Source: a virus. Taken from it: a DNA stretch of 64,000 nucleotides. Both the position numbers and the translations under genes were made by a program. This document shows, piece after piece, positions 46,300 through 57,268 of this stretch. The notes under the pieces were generated by a model. That model saw only the letters and a list, made by a program, of their open reading frames with translations. It made no database searches and was not told the DNA's origin. Location of the stretch: positions 1 through 64,000 of the IMG/VR virus record IMGVR_UViG_3300027801_002650; one strand, given 5' to 3'. The stretch's first letter is position 1. Every line of letters begins with the position of its first letter.

Positions 46300-49137
46300 T
46301 TACCATGTTTCGTCGGTGAATGCAATTCTTCTCCAAATGTTTGTAGCTCCGTCATAGTCTGCTATGCAGTAGTAAAAATAACTTGCATCGGCAGAAATCA
46401 TTCCTTCCTTGTCTGAGGAAGACCCAACTGAAGTACTGACGCTATCTGTTCTTGCTCTTGTCAGTGATTTTACCGTCGTTGGAATATATTTAGCTGACGT
46501 CGAATCGTACGCCAGTACGTTATCCTCATTTGGGCTAGTGTTTTGGTCCACGTCAGAATGATTACTAATACTACCAATCACTTGATCTAGATCCCTGGCT
46601 TCCCATAACAAACCATTACCCTTTACGAGCACGTCACCCTCAGTGGAACCATTCAAAGCATCTACATCACCGAGATCTTGTAGATAATGATTTCCTAATT
46701 CGAGTTGTGCATCTGTAGCAGGTGCCCATAGACTTCCGTCCCATTTTAATACATTTCCTACACTTGGAGGACCTGGTGAAACATTCGTTAAATCCTCAAG
46801 TTCGTGCGTATTTTCTACAAGGGATGTTGGTTCAAAAGCAAGACCAGTCCATTGAAGAACTGCCCCTGACACTAAACCACCACCCATTGAAACATCGGAT
46901 AGATCCATAATGCTGGAAGACGAAAGATCTAAGGTGTAAATGTATTCATCTGCTGGACCCCATTTAGAGGAAGCAGTATCATATTTTAATATTTGTCCAT
47001 CAGTTGCGACAGTCGTCGACACATCAGGTATGTCAGCAAGAACGTTTGGTGCTAAAGGCAAGGAATATGAAGTCCATTCCGTCCCATCGTATCTTAGAAC
47101 ATCGCCTACCAACTTCCCTGCTGTTATAGTATCAACGTCGTTCATAGCATCGATAGTTATCGTGCTCAGAATCTGTAAGTAGGAAGTATCGTCTGCTGGT
47201 ATAAAGTTGCCTGTAGCAGTCTCATATTTTAAGAGTTGGCCGTCAGTCGGTGCATTCGTAATAATATCTATATCTGAGAGTCTGTTTAATCCGAAAGAAC
47301 CAATCTCCGTCATTACGTCATTGCCTGGTTTCCATTTATTGTCGCTTGTATCAAACCTCAGGATTTGATCATGCAAAGGTTTATCGACTAAAGGATACGG
47401 ATACTCAACATCAACAAGGTCACTAAGCTCTGGCATATCGTTTGCTGCCCAAGTGCCGGCATACCATTCTTCTGCCGTCTGATCCCACCGTAAATACAGT
47501 GACTTAGAAGGCGTCGAAGACGCATTTGACGTATTTACGTCCGAAAAGACCCCCAGCTGGTAAAGGGACGGGTCATTGACATCAACCTCCGCACCCCATC
47601 TTTGTGATGCTGTATCCCATTTTAGAACGTAATTATCTGTGAGGGTAGTAGCATCTACGGGTAAATCTATGTCCGCGAGCTCATGCAGTTTGTTCGTTGA
47701 TAGATCAACAAAGGTTGCTTCCACATCTCCTGGAATCCATTGAGAAATACTTGACTCCCAACGAAGAACCTGATGATGAGATGGAGGATAAACAGAAGTA
47801 TTAACATCTGCCATTTTATCAACAGTCCCAAACATCGGTGTATAATTACAGTCAAAAAACGTTCCATCATCTCTAGTAAATGTAACTGTATTTGCTTTAG
47901 CACTTGTTTGTGGATTTACGACTGCGTGGGCAGTAGAAGTATTTGCTGCTGAAGTATCTTGACCTGCCTCCCAACGATTGTTGGTAACACTCCACTGAAG
48001 TACTGATTTTTCTATGAGTCCTGCCGTATGTATATCGGCGAATCTGGTAATAGAATCAAAAAGTGGAGCAACGTTCATTGTTGATTCAGAGTTATTTTCT
48101 CTGGTAACGACAACTGTATTTGCTGGTTCGTTCAGTACGATGCTTCTTATAGAGGTATTAGAAACTGTATTTGGTGTCCATTTATTTACTGAGGCATTAT
48201 AATGTAAAAGTTGCCCATCCACTGGAGTCAAATCAGTGTTAAAATCAATCAACTCAGTAATCGAAAGGTTTTGTGCTTTCCAGACTGAGCCATCCCAGTA
48301 CAATCTATCACCTGCTACTGGAGCACCAAGATTTACATCAGCAAGATCATCGATCCCTGAAGTACCGACTGGTGTAACTACCTGAGAAATCCATTTTGTT
48401 CCGTTCCAAGTAAGTACGTCATTTACGGAAGCACCTGTAAGATCAATTCCATCTAAATCCTGAAGTGTTCCTGCGGCATTCACCCATCCGTCATCTATGT
48501 CATAAAACTGAAGAAGGTTTAATTCTGTATTTAAACGAAATTGCCCTTCGAGACCTGCGGTGTTTGATGTAATGCCCTGTGGTATTTTTATTGGTCCTAT
48601 AAACTCAGTATTCCCGTATGTAAAACCATCACCATTTAAATAAAATTGTCCTTCGACATTAGCATTTGCTTCTGCCGTAAAGTTCGTGAAAATTCTTGTT
48701 CTATCAACTTGCATAGTGGCCACGTAATTTTGAGTGCCTCCAGCATAAAATTTTATTGTCTCGTCATCGATGGTCTCATCTGTTCCATCTAATTTGATCA
48801 TTGTAGAATTGTCATCGTCAGCGATATAATTGATCGTACCTGAGATATCGCCTGTCAATATAATATTGTTACAGGTTATATCACCAGCAGCAAACTGCCC
48901 GTCCGGACCTCTCATCACAATAGTATTACCAAAGAAAAGATTACCACCTGCTGTTCTGTGGTCAAGGTTCACCGTATTCTGATCAGTAATAGAATTATTG
49001 AACAGTTTTACTATTTGATTGAAACCTTGCCTGAACCCATCAAGTGTATCTGCTTGGGTAATCTCGACCATAGGATCAAGAGTATTCGCTATTGCGTTAT
49101 CAGCATTAGTTACTGCGTTATTTGCGTCTTCTGCCAT
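46300..49137 (-). CDS. tail fibre-like structural protein with about 15 L.DL.DV...VL.W...W repeats
   Basis: Repeats such as LADVN...GDRLYWDGSVW and LEDLTNV...GNVLKWDGSLW; C-terminal YFYYC....WRRIA. Confidence 0.75.
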   Translation of the reverse strand: MAEDANNAVTNADNAIANTLDPMVEITQADTLDGFRQGFNQIVKLFNNSITDQNTVNLDHRTAGGNLFFGNTIVMRGPDGQFAAGDITCNNIILTGDISGTINYIADDDNSTMIKLDGTDETIDDETIKFYAGGTQNYVATMQVDRTRIFTNFTAEANANVEGQFYLNGDGFTYGNTEFIGPIKIPQGITSNTAGLEGQFRLNTELNLLQFYDIDDGWVNAAGTLQDLDGIDLTGASVNDVLTWNGTKWISQVVTPVGTSGIDDLADVNLGAPVAGDRLYWDGSVWKAQNLSITELIDFNTDLTPVDGQLLHYNASVNKWTPNTVSNTSIRSIVLNEPANTVVVTRENNSESTMNVAPLFDSITRFADIHTAGLIEKSVLQWSVTNNRWEAGQDTSAANTSTAHAVVNPQTSAKANTVTFTRDDGTFFDCNYTPMFGTVDKMADVNTSVYPPSHHQVLRWESSISQWIPGDVEATFVDLSTNKLHELADIDLPVDATTLTDNYVLKWDTASQRWGAEVDVNDPSLYQLGVFSDVNTSNASSTPSKSLYLRWDQTAEEWYAGTWAANDMPELSDLVDVEYPYPLVDKPLHDQILRFDTSDNKWKPGNDVMTEIGSFGLNRLSDIDIITNAPTDGQLLKYETATGNFIPADDTSYLQILSTITIDAMNDVDTITAGKLVGDVLRYDGTEWTSYSLPLAPNVLADIPDVSTTVATDGQILKYDTASSKWGPADEYIYTLDLSSSSIMDLSDVSMGGGLVSGAVLQWTGLAFEPTSLVENTHELEDLTNVSPGPPSVGNVLKWDGSLWAPATDAQLELGNHYLQDLGDVDALNGSTEGDVLVKGNGLLWEARDLDQVIGSISNHSDVDQNTSPNEDNVLAYDSTSAKYIPTTVKSLTRARTDSVSTSVGSSSDKEGMISADASYFYYCIADYDGATNIWRRIAFTDETW

Positions 49138-49144
49138 TTATACC

Positions 49145-52100
49145 TTATGAGAATGCAAAAAATCTTAATGATTTCAAATATGGAACGGTAGTAGAGTCAG
49201 CAGATGTAAAGACAACCTTAACCTGAAAAGTAGAATAGGTGTCATAGACTATCTCATCTTTGTCTCGTATAATAAAATCCTTTGGTGTTTCCCAACCAAA
49301 GGTCGTAATTCCGTCCCCATAAACATATTTATTTTGTGTACCTTCGAGTTTATGATACATTGCATCATAAATCTTTTCTTTACTGAATCCTGAGACTGCT
49401 CTGAAATACACATGCACGTCAGTGCCTCCTGGTCGAACTCCCTCTGCCATAACCCGTAATCCTTTAGCAGGTATGTTCGCCCCTGTAGCAAAAATCTTTG
49501 AAATGTATCTTGCCTGACAGTTACCTTTATAAGGATCAAGCTCGCTTTTTGCTCGAATAATAGCGACAGTTGAAGGAGGTGTGGAACCTGACTTCTGTAA
49601 TACTGTTGCAGTTACATTTCCTGTGTATCCTGTGCCTTGATTTGTTACGTTTACTCCAAGAACACGTCCACCTGGCCCAACGACGAGTTCGGCGACTGTA
49701 ATCTCGAGTCCGTTTGCATATGTTCCACCACCCGTCAGAGCGATTGTAGCATTTGTATTTCCTGAAGCAGTTGTATCGTAATCATATCCTAGACCTGGCT
49801 CTTCAACAATAAAGTCTGAACCAACCATTGTAGCATCGTTAATAATGTTTTCAGTCGTTACCAATTTCATCTGATCCTTATCGAGGACAGGTGAAACTCT
49901 ATCATCCCATGTCTGCATGCTTACGTTGATCACGAAAGTATTAGAATCATTTGCCATAACTCTTTGCTGACCTTCTCGACCGAAAACATTAAAATTATAG
50001 TTTTCGTTTACTCTAAAGGTTGTGTACGACAGATCAGTACCAGTTGCTACTGAGGTTGATCGGTATGTAAATCCTGGTTCAGCAATATTCCCGAAAGTCA
50101 TGTATGGCGACCTGACATAAAAATTATCGTATGCCGCATTGACAGTTGGGAAATCCTTGACGTTGAAAAATGCCGCAGAGTTAGGAGTATTATAAAACTT
50201 CGCTCTATGTAAATCTATTGTCAAAGTAGTATTATTGTCCCTGTCCCAGCGACCATGGTTGTTCGTTCTCCAGAGTCCTAGGAAGTGTTTAAATCGTGGA
50301 ACTCTGTGTTCTTCGTTCAGTAGAGTCTCTCCGACTCGTGACATGTGCAGTCTGTACTCAGGATTATCCGAGTCAAAACATAAAGCATATGCCTTTCCTG
50401 GCTTACAAAAAACAGGATTGAGAAAGGTAAATGCCGTTTGAGTATCATCATTTGCACTGTCAGGAATTATTACTTGAGTAATCTCAGTTGCCTGAATCAG
50501 TACTTCTGAAAAAGGAAGTGTCTCACTCGGAGACGGAAATCCATCAACCATAGGACGCATTGAAATTTTCAATGGTAATCCAGTATTGGCGAAAGAATCG
50601 CTATTAGCAACATAGCAGAATCCACCTGTTAGAAATAATCCTCTTGGATAGTCCGACGGATCAACATAAAGCTCTTGAGCAAAGCACCTCTTAAAATTCG
50701 AGGAAGTCTTTTGCCTTTCGACTTCAGTATAATAAACATTAGCATCGTTATTGTCTGCTCGTCTCTTGAGAGTTTCCCTTGTCGTAGAATTGTTCGGCAA
50801 GAAAGGTTTACCATAAAAGGTTGTTTCCGCGAACGTAGTCTCTGTTGCAGTTGCATCGGTATCATCAGCATTTGTGATACGAAATACCTTGTCAGTAGCG
50901 GTAAATCTACCTGCTGGCAGGTCATATGCTCCAGCAACGATCCCAAATTGATCAACAGCAAGCGATGTAGGTGCTGGTTCGAACGTAAGGATCTGACCTC
51001 TTGCTCCAGAATCCTGCCCGTCAACCGTATCCACCGAAGTAGTACTAAAATCCTGATCAGAAGTTTGGATTACGTAGAGTGAAGTCTGATTTGCACTTGG
51101 TTTTGCTATAGCAACTACGATACCTACTGCAGTTTCAAGTGATACTGCTTGTCGTACCTCTTCACCTGTATTGTACAGGGCAGTCGCGATATTTTCGTCA
51201 TCAAACTTGATTACCTTAGCAAATCGTATGAAGTCTTTATCTATTCTTTCGTTATCAAAATAAACAAAAAGATTAGCATGTGCTTTCATTCCCTCAGCAG
51301 AAAAATAAACAGTTTGCTTTGGCATGTAAAAGGCAGTCGTCAAATCTCTTTCGTATGCACCGCCACCTATGCTTTCAGTAAACTGAACAGGTGCAACAGG
51401 TTGCATAATATCATCAGAAAGCAAACCGTATTGGCGAGAAGTCTTTGGTCTTTGTGTCAATCGTATAGAATGTACCCCGTACCAGTGGAACTGGTGCAAG
51501 TTCATTACAGCATTTTTATACGGCACGATCGACTTTTCAAATGCATCGTTCTCACCTACTGTATTAATAATAGTAGAAGGTCTGACAGTATCGTCCATCC
51601 AGTTGTTAAACTGAGGAGTAATACTTATCTGACCTCTGAAAGCAGATCGACCAAAAGGATTCAATGGAACCGTATTAGTATAATATGGATTCGTGAATAC
51701 AGTATTGTCGTTAATTGCCTCAGCCACTATGAGAGAAGGGTAACTATCTACGTTCTTAGAAGCGATTGATGAATACTCAAGGTCGTATGTGTTAAGTATT
51801 ATTTTCGGGTGTACTGTTTTCTCGTACGTATCGACACTTGCTGCGAAATCAATATTGTCTATGTCACTCTTCCCGTGCCCCTCAAAGTTATCAAAGGCAG
51901 AGAATACCGTATTTGGATGCCCGTCATTCATATTCTGGTTGGCAAAGTTTACAGCCAAATCGTAGAATGGATTTATCTCAGCATCAGCAGGCATCAACCG
52001 TATATCAGAAGGATCGGCTGAAAATGGAACTGTAGTAACGTCTGTCAGTTCGTAATGGGATTTCCTTGGAATTGGAGCATAAGGTTTTGCAGAATCACTG

Positions 52101-55100
52101 CCCTCAAGTTTTTCTATGTCAAGTTCGCTGTCAATCTTTATAGTATCGTTTCGCGCAGTATAATATGCTACACTAGTAGAAATACCGTACTCAATACTCG
52201 GAAACTTCTTAAACTCGCTTGTCCATATTTGTCCAGTATTATCGATTGTCTCAGAAGCAATTGGATCAGTATTTTGTGCCGCACTTGAAATACCAAGATT
52301 ATTTCTCTGTGGTCTAAAGTCAAGGCAGTTGGACATTGAATACTGTTTACCTGTTGCAGACACATGTACTGGTAAATCGTTTCTCGCTATATTATTAGGA
52401 TATGAATCAATGCAGAAGTAAGAACCACCCGAATCAACGTGACGAAAGTAATCAAAAATGATACCGATTTGACCCGTTGGTGGTTCACCAATAAGTTTTA
52501 TCCCACCCCATTCGTAATAGTTATCTTCCATACCAGAATACATCTCGTAGTTCTGGGTTGCATACACCGTATTTGCTCCTGACAAGGATGACCCCGTAGC
52601 AGCAGCACTAAGATCCGAAGGATTCAATGCATTTGGCGTTCCACTTGCATCAACTTGGCTGTCAAGAATCGCCCGTATTCTAAAAACATCTATTGTCTGT
52701 AGACTATCAATCAATCCCACAGTTTTATTAGGATCGGTAACTATTACAGACTGCCCTTCGAATAAGGTTTTTTGTTTTGGTACTACGGCAGTCTCAGTTT
52801 CTGCTGCGAAATACACGTCCACGTTCGATGCTGATCCAGCATCCTGTATTGTAAATGTAACTTCTTTTGCCTTTGTAGCAGAACCACCCCCCGATAACGA
52901 AACCGTATCGTACGATGATGAGAAGTTTAGAGAGTTACCGACTGGTGTCGACAAAGTATCAGATGTACCTGTGACAAATATTGCGAATAACTCCCTTGCT
53001 TTCTTTGCGTCCACATCGGCATTGTCATATTCCGTAAATGTAAATCCAGCAGGGGCAGAAACAGAAAGCGACTTTGTTAAGCCAACTCCCCCAGTTACGT
53101 TAGTATTCGTTACCTTCCTACTTACGTACTTGGTGTTAATAACACCATTCTCATCCCTGATTGAACTTACTTCAAACGGAAGTTCATACAAAAATTGTGA
53201 TTCTTGACTCTGAGAAAGTAAAACAGAACCACCCTGTGAATCCACTCCATTATTCGCCGAAATCTGTAATCGAGTGGGAACTGAAAGTCCGTCATGGACG
53301 CAAATTGCTTTAACATCTTTCGCCTGATAGATAAACCTGTAACCATCACCAGGTAATGGTTCGTTAGGCATCTCTGATACAACGCAAGATGTATTCTGAT
53401 AATAAGTTTCAATCTTTGTTCTCTGACCTTTTAATGCTCCCGAAGTAAATTCAACAGTAACTCCGTTGTAGGCATCGTCCAGAGAAGCAGTAGGACCATT
53501 GAGCGAAATAAACGTAAGATTCGCTACAGATCCGATAGTATTTGCTAAAGTTTGTGGTTTAATATTCCATAGTACTGTCGCATATTCGTTTTTACCTTGA
53601 TCCACATTTTCTATGTTGTATGGAATAAAGTCTCTCATTCTTGCTGTCGCCATGACAGTAGAACCCAATTGAGTTTGCGATGCTGTATTTGGTGATATAC
53701 AGGTATGGAGGTAGAGAACCTGGTCTAGATTCTCTGCGTCGATCGAGTTTGGTGCCCCAATACCAGAACATAAAAAGTAATTCTGTACAGGTAATCCAAC
53801 TGAAATCTTATCTAAGTACTGTAACTCTCTTGGAGCACGAATAGGAAGTGTTTCTGTTCTTTGGTAATTTATAACTGTATTACCTAACTGTAATATTCCT
53901 GGCTCAATATGTAATGAGTAAGTATTTGAGTTTACAATATTTTGAGTTGTACCATCACCGACAAGAGCATTCAATGTCATCTGTGTATCATTCGCGACTG
54001 CTACAACATTGGCACCTGCTGTTGGTGAAACAATATAAGGTTGGCCACTTAAATATTTCTCAGTTTGCTTTTCGACATATAATTGTGTGTCATTAGAAAC
54101 TGCGACAATCTCGTAATCTTTATTAGATATGGAAATTTTCTTTCCAATATCAAAGTCGGCCAGAAACTGTGTATTTGTGCCAGTGATAAAACCTGTACCA
54201 TTAGTTGATACGGTCCCGTTTCCGTAGTATCTCTGGTTGCTCAAATAAACAATGTCCCCGACTTTGAAATCGGACGTAAAACTTGTACCTTCACCTGAAA
54301 TGACAGCTACCGACTGGGCATTTGTTGTGCCTTTAACCCCAAAGTTTTGAGATATGCTAAGAGTTTGCCGTTTAATAGATTTTCTCTCATATTCTTTCGT
54401 GTCATGCCAAATATTTACCGGATCTTCGCTAGCCCATGACGACGCAACCACTCCATTCGCTATTCTGAATAACTCAAGGAACTTAGTATTTGCATCTCGG
54501 TCAAACGTATTTCCGACAAAGGATGATCCTCGATACTCACGTTTGGACAGAACAAGTTTTTGTCTGAACCTTGTGGCACCAGGAGCATTGAAGTTGTATG
54601 ACCCGTTAGCAGGGTCAAGGAGGGTTCTTCCTAAATCTACACCCGACTGAGAAGGACTTGTATTTGCGTCATTCTCATCTACAATGATTTCATCAATGTA
54701 AAACCCAACAGAGTAGTCAGGGGCAGAAGAGTATTTTTCAAGGACCAAATACTGCTCAGGTACGTAGTTCAGAAACCCAGACATATAATAGACGGATTCC
54801 TGAACTGATACCAATGAAGCAACATTTGAAGCATTTGGAATCTTGGATGGGCCAGTAGCAGAGGTTGTAGTCGCCTGCTCGCCGTCATCATCTGTTGAAA
54901 CCGTAATACCATCACCAAACTGTTTGTCTGTAAAATATCTAACTATAAGAGTGTTCATGTCTGCAGCATCGCGAGGAACAACGCCAACGACATATGCTCT
55001 GGCCGTACCAGTGGTGTCAGACGCACCAGATATCACTGTATTTTGAAATGCACTCGCAACCAAGTCGACGGAGTCGAACTGGTTTTCTAATTTAATGGAT

Positions 55101-55330
55101 GCCAAACCTGTATCAATTACGATACCTCCTCCCGAGACTAGGTCTCCGTCAGAGTAAGAGGTGTTGGCTAACTTCGTGATTTGATCCTGTAAAATTGTCT
55201 GCGACTGCGTAAGTTCTCTGGCCTGTACTGCATACGATGGTCTGAATAAAACTCTGTAAAAATTATCGAGCTCTGAAAAATCGTCGTAGTAAGGACCTGA
55301 GGTAAAATTTAATGAATCTTGTACTGGCAT
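49145..55330 (-). CDS. VrlC-like large virion structural protein (DUF4815-type)
   Basis: PYYDDF...FYRVLFRP..AVQARELTQ.Q.ILQ.QI, L.DPA.GS.N..APGA.R, LDFRP, C-terminal FQVKVV....VP....LR. Confidence 0.8.
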   Translation of the reverse strand: MPVQDSLNFTSGPYYDDFSELDNFYRVLFRPSYAVQARELTQSQTILQDQITKLANTSYSDGDLVSGGGIVIDTGLASIKLENQFDSVDLVASAFQNTVISGASDTTGTARAYVVGVVPRDAADMNTLIVRYFTDKQFGDGITVSTDDDGEQATTTSATGPSKIPNASNVASLVSVQESVYYMSGFLNYVPEQYLVLEKYSSAPDYSVGFYIDEIIVDENDANTSPSQSGVDLGRTLLDPANGSYNFNAPGATRFRQKLVLSKREYRGSSFVGNTFDRDANTKFLELFRIANGVVASSWASEDPVNIWHDTKEYERKSIKRQTLSISQNFGVKGTTNAQSVAVISGEGTSFTSDFKVGDIVYLSNQRYYGNGTVSTNGTGFITGTNTQFLADFDIGKKISISNKDYEIVAVSNDTQLYVEKQTEKYLSGQPYIVSPTAGANVVAVANDTQMTLNALVGDGTTQNIVNSNTYSLHIEPGILQLGNTVINYQRTETLPIRAPRELQYLDKISVGLPVQNYFLCSGIGAPNSIDAENLDQVLYLHTCISPNTASQTQLGSTVMATARMRDFIPYNIENVDQGKNEYATVLWNIKPQTLANTIGSVANLTFISLNGPTASLDDAYNGVTVEFTSGALKGQRTKIETYYQNTSCVVSEMPNEPLPGDGYRFIYQAKDVKAICVHDGLSVPTRLQISANNGVDSQGGSVLLSQSQESQFLYELPFEVSSIRDENGVINTKYVSRKVTNTNVTGGVGLTKSLSVSAPAGFTFTEYDNADVDAKKARELFAIFVTGTSDTLSTPVGNSLNFSSSYDTVSLSGGGSATKAKEVTFTIQDAGSASNVDVYFAAETETAVVPKQKTLFEGQSVIVTDPNKTVGLIDSLQTIDVFRIRAILDSQVDASGTPNALNPSDLSAAATGSSLSGANTVYATQNYEMYSGMEDNYYEWGGIKLIGEPPTGQIGIIFDYFRHVDSGGSYFCIDSYPNNIARNDLPVHVSATGKQYSMSNCLDFRPQRNNLGISSAAQNTDPIASETIDNTGQIWTSEFKKFPSIEYGISTSVAYYTARNDTIKIDSELDIEKLEGSDSAKPYAPIPRKSHYELTDVTTVPFSADPSDIRLMPADAEINPFYDLAVNFANQNMNDGHPNTVFSAFDNFEGHGKSDIDNIDFAASVDTYEKTVHPKIILNTYDLEYSSIASKNVDSYPSLIVAEAINDNTVFTNPYYTNTVPLNPFGRSAFRGQISITPQFNNWMDDTVRPSTIINTVGENDAFEKSIVPYKNAVMNLHQFHWYGVHSIRLTQRPKTSRQYGLLSDDIMQPVAPVQFTESIGGGAYERDLTTAFYMPKQTVYFSAEGMKAHANLFVYFDNERIDKDFIRFAKVIKFDDENIATALYNTGEEVRQAVSLETAVGIVVAIAKPSANQTSLYVIQTSDQDFSTTSVDTVDGQDSGARGQILTFEPAPTSLAVDQFGIVAGAYDLPAGRFTATDKVFRITNADDTDATATETTFAETTFYGKPFLPNNSTTRETLKRRADNNDANVYYTEVERQKTSSNFKRCFAQELYVDPSDYPRGLFLTGGFCYVANSDSFANTGLPLKISMRPMVDGFPSPSETLPFSEVLIQATEITQVIIPDSANDDTQTAFTFLNPVFCKPGKAYALCFDSDNPEYRLHMSRVGETLLNEEHRVPRFKHFLGLWRTNNHGRWDRDNNTTLTIDLHRAKFYNTPNSAAFFNVKDFPTVNAAYDNFYVRSPYMTFGNIAEPGFTYRSTSVATGTDLSYTTFRVNENYNFNVFGREGQQRVMANDSNTFVINVSMQTWDDRVSPVLDKDQMKLVTTENIINDATMVGSDFIVEEPGLGYDYDTTASGNTNATIALTGGGTYANGLEITVAELVVGPGGRVLGVNVTNQGTGYTGNVTATVLQKSGSTPPSTVAIIRAKSELDPYKGNCQARYISKIFATGANIPAKGLRVMAEGVRPGGTDVHVYFRAVSGFSKEKIYDAMYHKLEGTQNKYVYGDGITTFGWETPKDFIIRDKDEIVYDTYSTFQVKVVFTSADSTTVPYLKSLRFFAFS

Positions 55331-55347
55331 ATCCGTAACTCTTATTC

Positions 55348-55367
55348 TGGGGCAGTCACCTGCCCCA
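55348..55367 (-). other. GC-rich RNA hairpin with GNRA (GUGA) tetraloop between gp8 and the VrlC-like gene
   Basis: UGGGGCAG-GUGA-CUGCCCCA, an 8-bp stem with no U-tract after it. Confidence 0.6.
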
Positions 55368-55371
55368 TTGA

Positions 55372-57207
55372 TTAGAACTGAACAATTAGCTTGATATCTT
55401 CAACTTGGTCACTCGCACGTGAAACAGGCGAACGATTTTCTACATAAAGAATGTCCCCACGATACTTCAACATGTCAGGTGGATCCATGACCACACTTGA
55501 GGAAGTAGCATCATTTGCTGCGGTAACTGGGTCGGTAGCAACACCTGTAGGATCGGTAGTAGTGATACGCATGATTCGCTCTCCAACTTGGAAAGAACCA
55601 GCAACACTATCCCAACCTGTAGTGGCATTAGCACCTCGCGTAATTTCAGTAACACGGAGCATTGGGTAAATTTGAGGATCAGTTCCTGATCCAAGAGTTC
55701 CCGCAGTATTTGCATCTGCAGTATTGTTATAATCAACGACAAACCCTTTAGCACCCGAAAGTGATCCAATGACCTGCTGGTCAGGAAGGTAATAATCGGA
55801 GGACGCACCAATTTGTGAACCAATCTTAATCTTGATGGTTTGATCAGCAAGAGTAGATGTGAACAGAGCAGCAGCATCTGCGTGCTGTATTGGATCGCGA
55901 ACAAGTCCGATTTTCCGGAAGTCGTTTGAAACTGTAAAGGTGTTAGACTCAGAACCTTCGAGTCTTACGTTCAACATGACGTTGTAACCAAACAGTTCTT
56001 CTACCATATTATAACCTTGACCACCAACAGGACTTACGAGAGGTCGGAAGTCAGCAGCAGTAGTAACGGTAGCAGAAGCATTCTGTGTGATTGTCAAATC
56101 AGCTGTGTGATAACCAGATCCCACCTCTGCGATGCTGATATCGGTAATACTTGCAGTATTATCACCCGTAGCGTAAGCTAAGGCACCTGTTCCATCACCA
56201 TTAATAGTGACAGTTGGGCCGATTTTAACATCATCACCTGCTGTAAGTGCAGCAGTAAGGTCATATGTGTATGCGGCATCAGCAACTTGTGAGCCGAGGT
56301 TTCCAGTATTCGCCTCTAATGTAAATGTAGTTCCGTTATGAGCATCGATCTTAGCCAGGAGTCCTGGGGCAGAAGATGACTGCGAAACATAGATAGAGGA
56401 ATCGACGAACGCATCCTGTGTAGGATTGGCACCACCATGATTGGTGAAGTCAAGTACTACGTCAGGAGTTGCACCACCGAGAGTTGATGAAGAAACATCA
56501 GCACCGGAAAAGAGATAACCAGCACCATTACCGCTTGCGTTTCTCAACACAACGTCAATAGCACCATTAACTGCGTTATTCTCAATTTCCCACTGGTTTG
56601 TTCCGTCGTCAGGAATATATGTTTTCCCGTCTAAAGCATCAACACCAAGAAGGGCGAAGTCGTCTGTTCTAACACGTCTAACTGGGACGAACGAAGTAGT
56701 AATAAACTTCAGTGCGTCGGCAGCTGTAATTGTGTAGAGGTATTTCCACTTATATCCATCAGAAGTTGTTTCTGACACACCAGCACTTGTATTAATACTG
56801 GAAGGCATAACGGTGGATTGTACCCCATGATTGTTGTACATACATTTGTAGACATTAAAGTCCTCAGTAACAACAAAGAAGGGTTTGCTATAAAGTGTAG
56901 CATCCTGGGAGTCAAATTGGTCATAGACTGTGCCAGTTGTCCAGTTGTAGCGATTAACTACGTGGGACACATCACCTGATATACATCTCTTTGCGAGAAT
57001 CATATCATCCCAATGGCCATATTCTGTATTTTCTACAGTGTCCGTTGGGGAAGGTGGGGCAGAGTCAATATTGACACTACTTGCATCTAACCAGGGAGAC
57101 ACCTTACCGATGAATATGTACTGGTTAGTTCCCGAAGTCTCCGAGAATGCTTCCAGAAATTGTTCCGAGTTATGAATACGGAACTTATTCGTTACGATAG
57201 CAGGCAT
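55372..57207 (-). CDS. gp8: baseplate wedge protein (T4 gp8-like)
   Basis: AIVT.KFR, W..GTVY, VYKC, DGYKWKYLYTI, NDFR.IGL..DP, GDILYVENR.P..R..DQ.EDIK.I.QF. Confidence 0.88.
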   Translation of the reverse strand: MPAIVTNKFRIHNSEQFLEAFSETSGTNQYIFIGKVSPWLDASSVNIDSAPPSPTDTVENTEYGHWDDMILAKRCISGDVSHVVNRYNWTTGTVYDQFDSQDATLYSKPFFVVTEDFNVYKCMYNNHGVQSTVMPSSINTSAGVSETTSDGYKWKYLYTITAADALKFITTSFVPVRRVRTDDFALLGVDALDGKTYIPDDGTNQWEIENNAVNGAIDVVLRNASGNGAGYLFSGADVSSSTLGGATPDVVLDFTNHGGANPTQDAFVDSSIYVSQSSSAPGLLAKIDAHNGTTFTLEANTGNLGSQVADAAYTYDLTAALTAGDDVKIGPTVTINGDGTGALAYATGDNTASITDISIAEVGSGYHTADLTITQNASATVTTAADFRPLVSPVGGQGYNMVEELFGYNVMLNVRLEGSESNTFTVSNDFRKIGLVRDPIQHADAAALFTSTLADQTIKIKIGSQIGASSDYYLPDQQVIGSLSGAKGFVVDYNNTADANTAGTLGSGTDPQIYPMLRVTEITRGANATTGWDSVAGSFQVGERIMRITTTDPTGVATDPVTAANDATSSSVVMDPPDMLKYRGDILYVENRSPVSRASDQVEDIKLIVQF

Positions 57208-57256
57208 TTTATTCTCCTGTAAGTTTTAAAAAGTAATAAAGCATCAATAGCTTTTT

Positions 57257-57264
57257 TATTTAGG
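57257..57264 (-). promoter_or_regulatory. late-promoter-like box CCTAAATA upstream of gp8
   Basis: Intergenic; same motif as before gp18 and gp13. Confidence 0.65.
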
Positions 57265-57268
57265 TTTA

